Virus record (IMG/VR): IMGVR_UViG_3300028186_000155
Reading direction: 5' to 3' (one strand)
Length of the DNA: 64,000 bases
DNA from: a virus
Taxonomy: Duplodnaviria > Caudoviricetes
Positions 63,283 to 64,000 of this stretch are shown piece by piece. A model generated the notes under the pieces. That model was not told where the DNA came from. It did not search any database and saw nothing but the letters and a program-made list of their open reading frames with translations. The position numbers and the translations under genes were made by a program. Position 1 is the stretch's first letter. Every line of letters begins with the position of its first letter.

Positions 63283-63369
63283 AAACTTCCTAAATTTCGT
63301 GAGTGTCGGGGCTGCGGCCACACTGCGCCACAAGCCCCGGAGTATACCGCTTTAAGCCGCTTCGGTCAA
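63283..63369 (-). promoter_or_regulatory. sigma70-type promoter + hairpin + conserved leader, copy 7
   Basis: TTGACC-N17-TATACT; CGGGGCT...AGCCCCG hairpin; ACACTCACGAAATTTAGGAAGTTT. Confidence 0.8.
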
Positions 63370-63761
63370 ACCACCGGGCGCTCCCGCAACATGCGCCGTA
63401 GAGCGGCCCCGTAGCGGCGGGATACCGGGAACGTCTGGCCCCCGGTCAGGTGGGCGGTGAACAGGCCAGATGCAGGCAGACGGCGCACCTCGATCAGGTC
63501 GCTAAGACGGACGATGGTCGAACGGTGAATCTGCACGAATTCATCCGCGTATTCAGGTTTGGCGTGCAGAGCCATCAACGATTCATCCAGAATTGGCTGG
63601 CGGTCGGGTTCCCCGCGCAAATGCGCAATCACGTATTTTTGCGAAGCCTGAAACGCGATGATATCCGCATCATCGTATTCGATAACGGTCATGCCTATTT
63701 TGAAAACGTGTTGCTTTTTCACAGGCACCACATCAAACGGTACGTCGTCTTGCAGCTGCAT
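63366..63761 (-). CDS. stand-alone LytTR DNA-binding domain protein (AlgR-like)
   Basis: KYV...LDESLMAL...FVQIHRSTIV...PVSRR; no receiver domain. Confidence 0.85.
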   Translation of the reverse strand: MQLQDDVPFDVVPVKKQHVFKIGMTVIEYDDADIIAFQASQKYVIAHLRGEPDRQPILDESLMALHAKPEYADEFVQIHRSTIVRLSDLIEVRRLPASGLFTAHLTGGQTFPVSRRYGAALRRMLRERPVV

Positions 63762-63771
63762 GGTCAGTCCT

Positions 63772-64000
63772 TTAGGTTTTCAACAGCGCCAGCAAATCTT
63801 TGAGTTCGTTGGCAGCACGATCCGCCACGCCCTTTTGAACTGCCTTGCTGCTGGATTTGAAGTAAACGCCGACCGAACTGGCGCGATAATTCTGCACCTT
63901 TTCGATGAATTCACGGTCGGTGCCTTTGAAGTTTGGCCCCAGCGCCTTGATGATGAAACTGGTGTTAGGGCCGTATTGAACGGACACGCTGAATACGCAT
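63772..64000 (-). CDS. hypothetical protein, N-terminus probably outside window
   Basis: frame open to the window edge. Confidence 0.55.
   Translation of the reverse strand, partial: CVFSVSVQYGPNTSFIIKALGPNFKGTDREFIEKVQNYRASSVGVYFKSSSKAVQKGVADRAANELKDLLALLKT

Noticed and set aside
1-64000. tRNA, rRNA, CRISPR array, integrase/transposase, capsid or replication genes
   Set aside because: No recognisable signatures by eye; tRNAscan-SE/ARAGORN and HMM searches would be needed to exclude divergent cases

Overview
This window looks like part of a large lytic dsDNA phage genome (jumbo-myovirus style), most likely an early/accessory 'host-takeover' region. About 130 mostly short, tightly coupled ORFs (ATGA/TAATG overlaps) all lie on the minus strand. 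I see no core replication, capsid or integrase genes, no tRNA/rRNA and no CRISPR array. A Pseudomonas-like host is inferred, not proven, from an AlgR-like LytTR protein and sigma70-type promoters. Recognisable proteins: three GNAT acetyltransferases, a 2OG-Fe(II) oxygenase-like protein with a His/Gly insert, a minimal kinase-like protein, a Pol-beta-type nucleotidyltransferase, a LemA-like/TPM-like membrane pair, an acyl-carrier-protein domain fusion, a YfaP/DUF2135-like large protein, a TraR/DksA zinc finger, a KTSC-containing Lys/Ala/Pro-rich multidomain protein, a stand-alone LytTR protein and several HTH proteins. The most striking signal is non-coding, in three dispersed repeat families. 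(1) A ~50-nt structured RNA element (7 copies) with covarying base pairs, a fixed 15-17-nt arm and a UA/GA-type internal loop, placed just after stop codons. (2) A promoter-hairpin-CACUCAC-SD leader cassette (7 copies), three of which carry an alternating purine-pyrimidine tract ~30 bp upstream of the -35. (3) A near-identical terminator-like repeat (4 copies). All domain calls are by-eye motif recognition; no database search was run.
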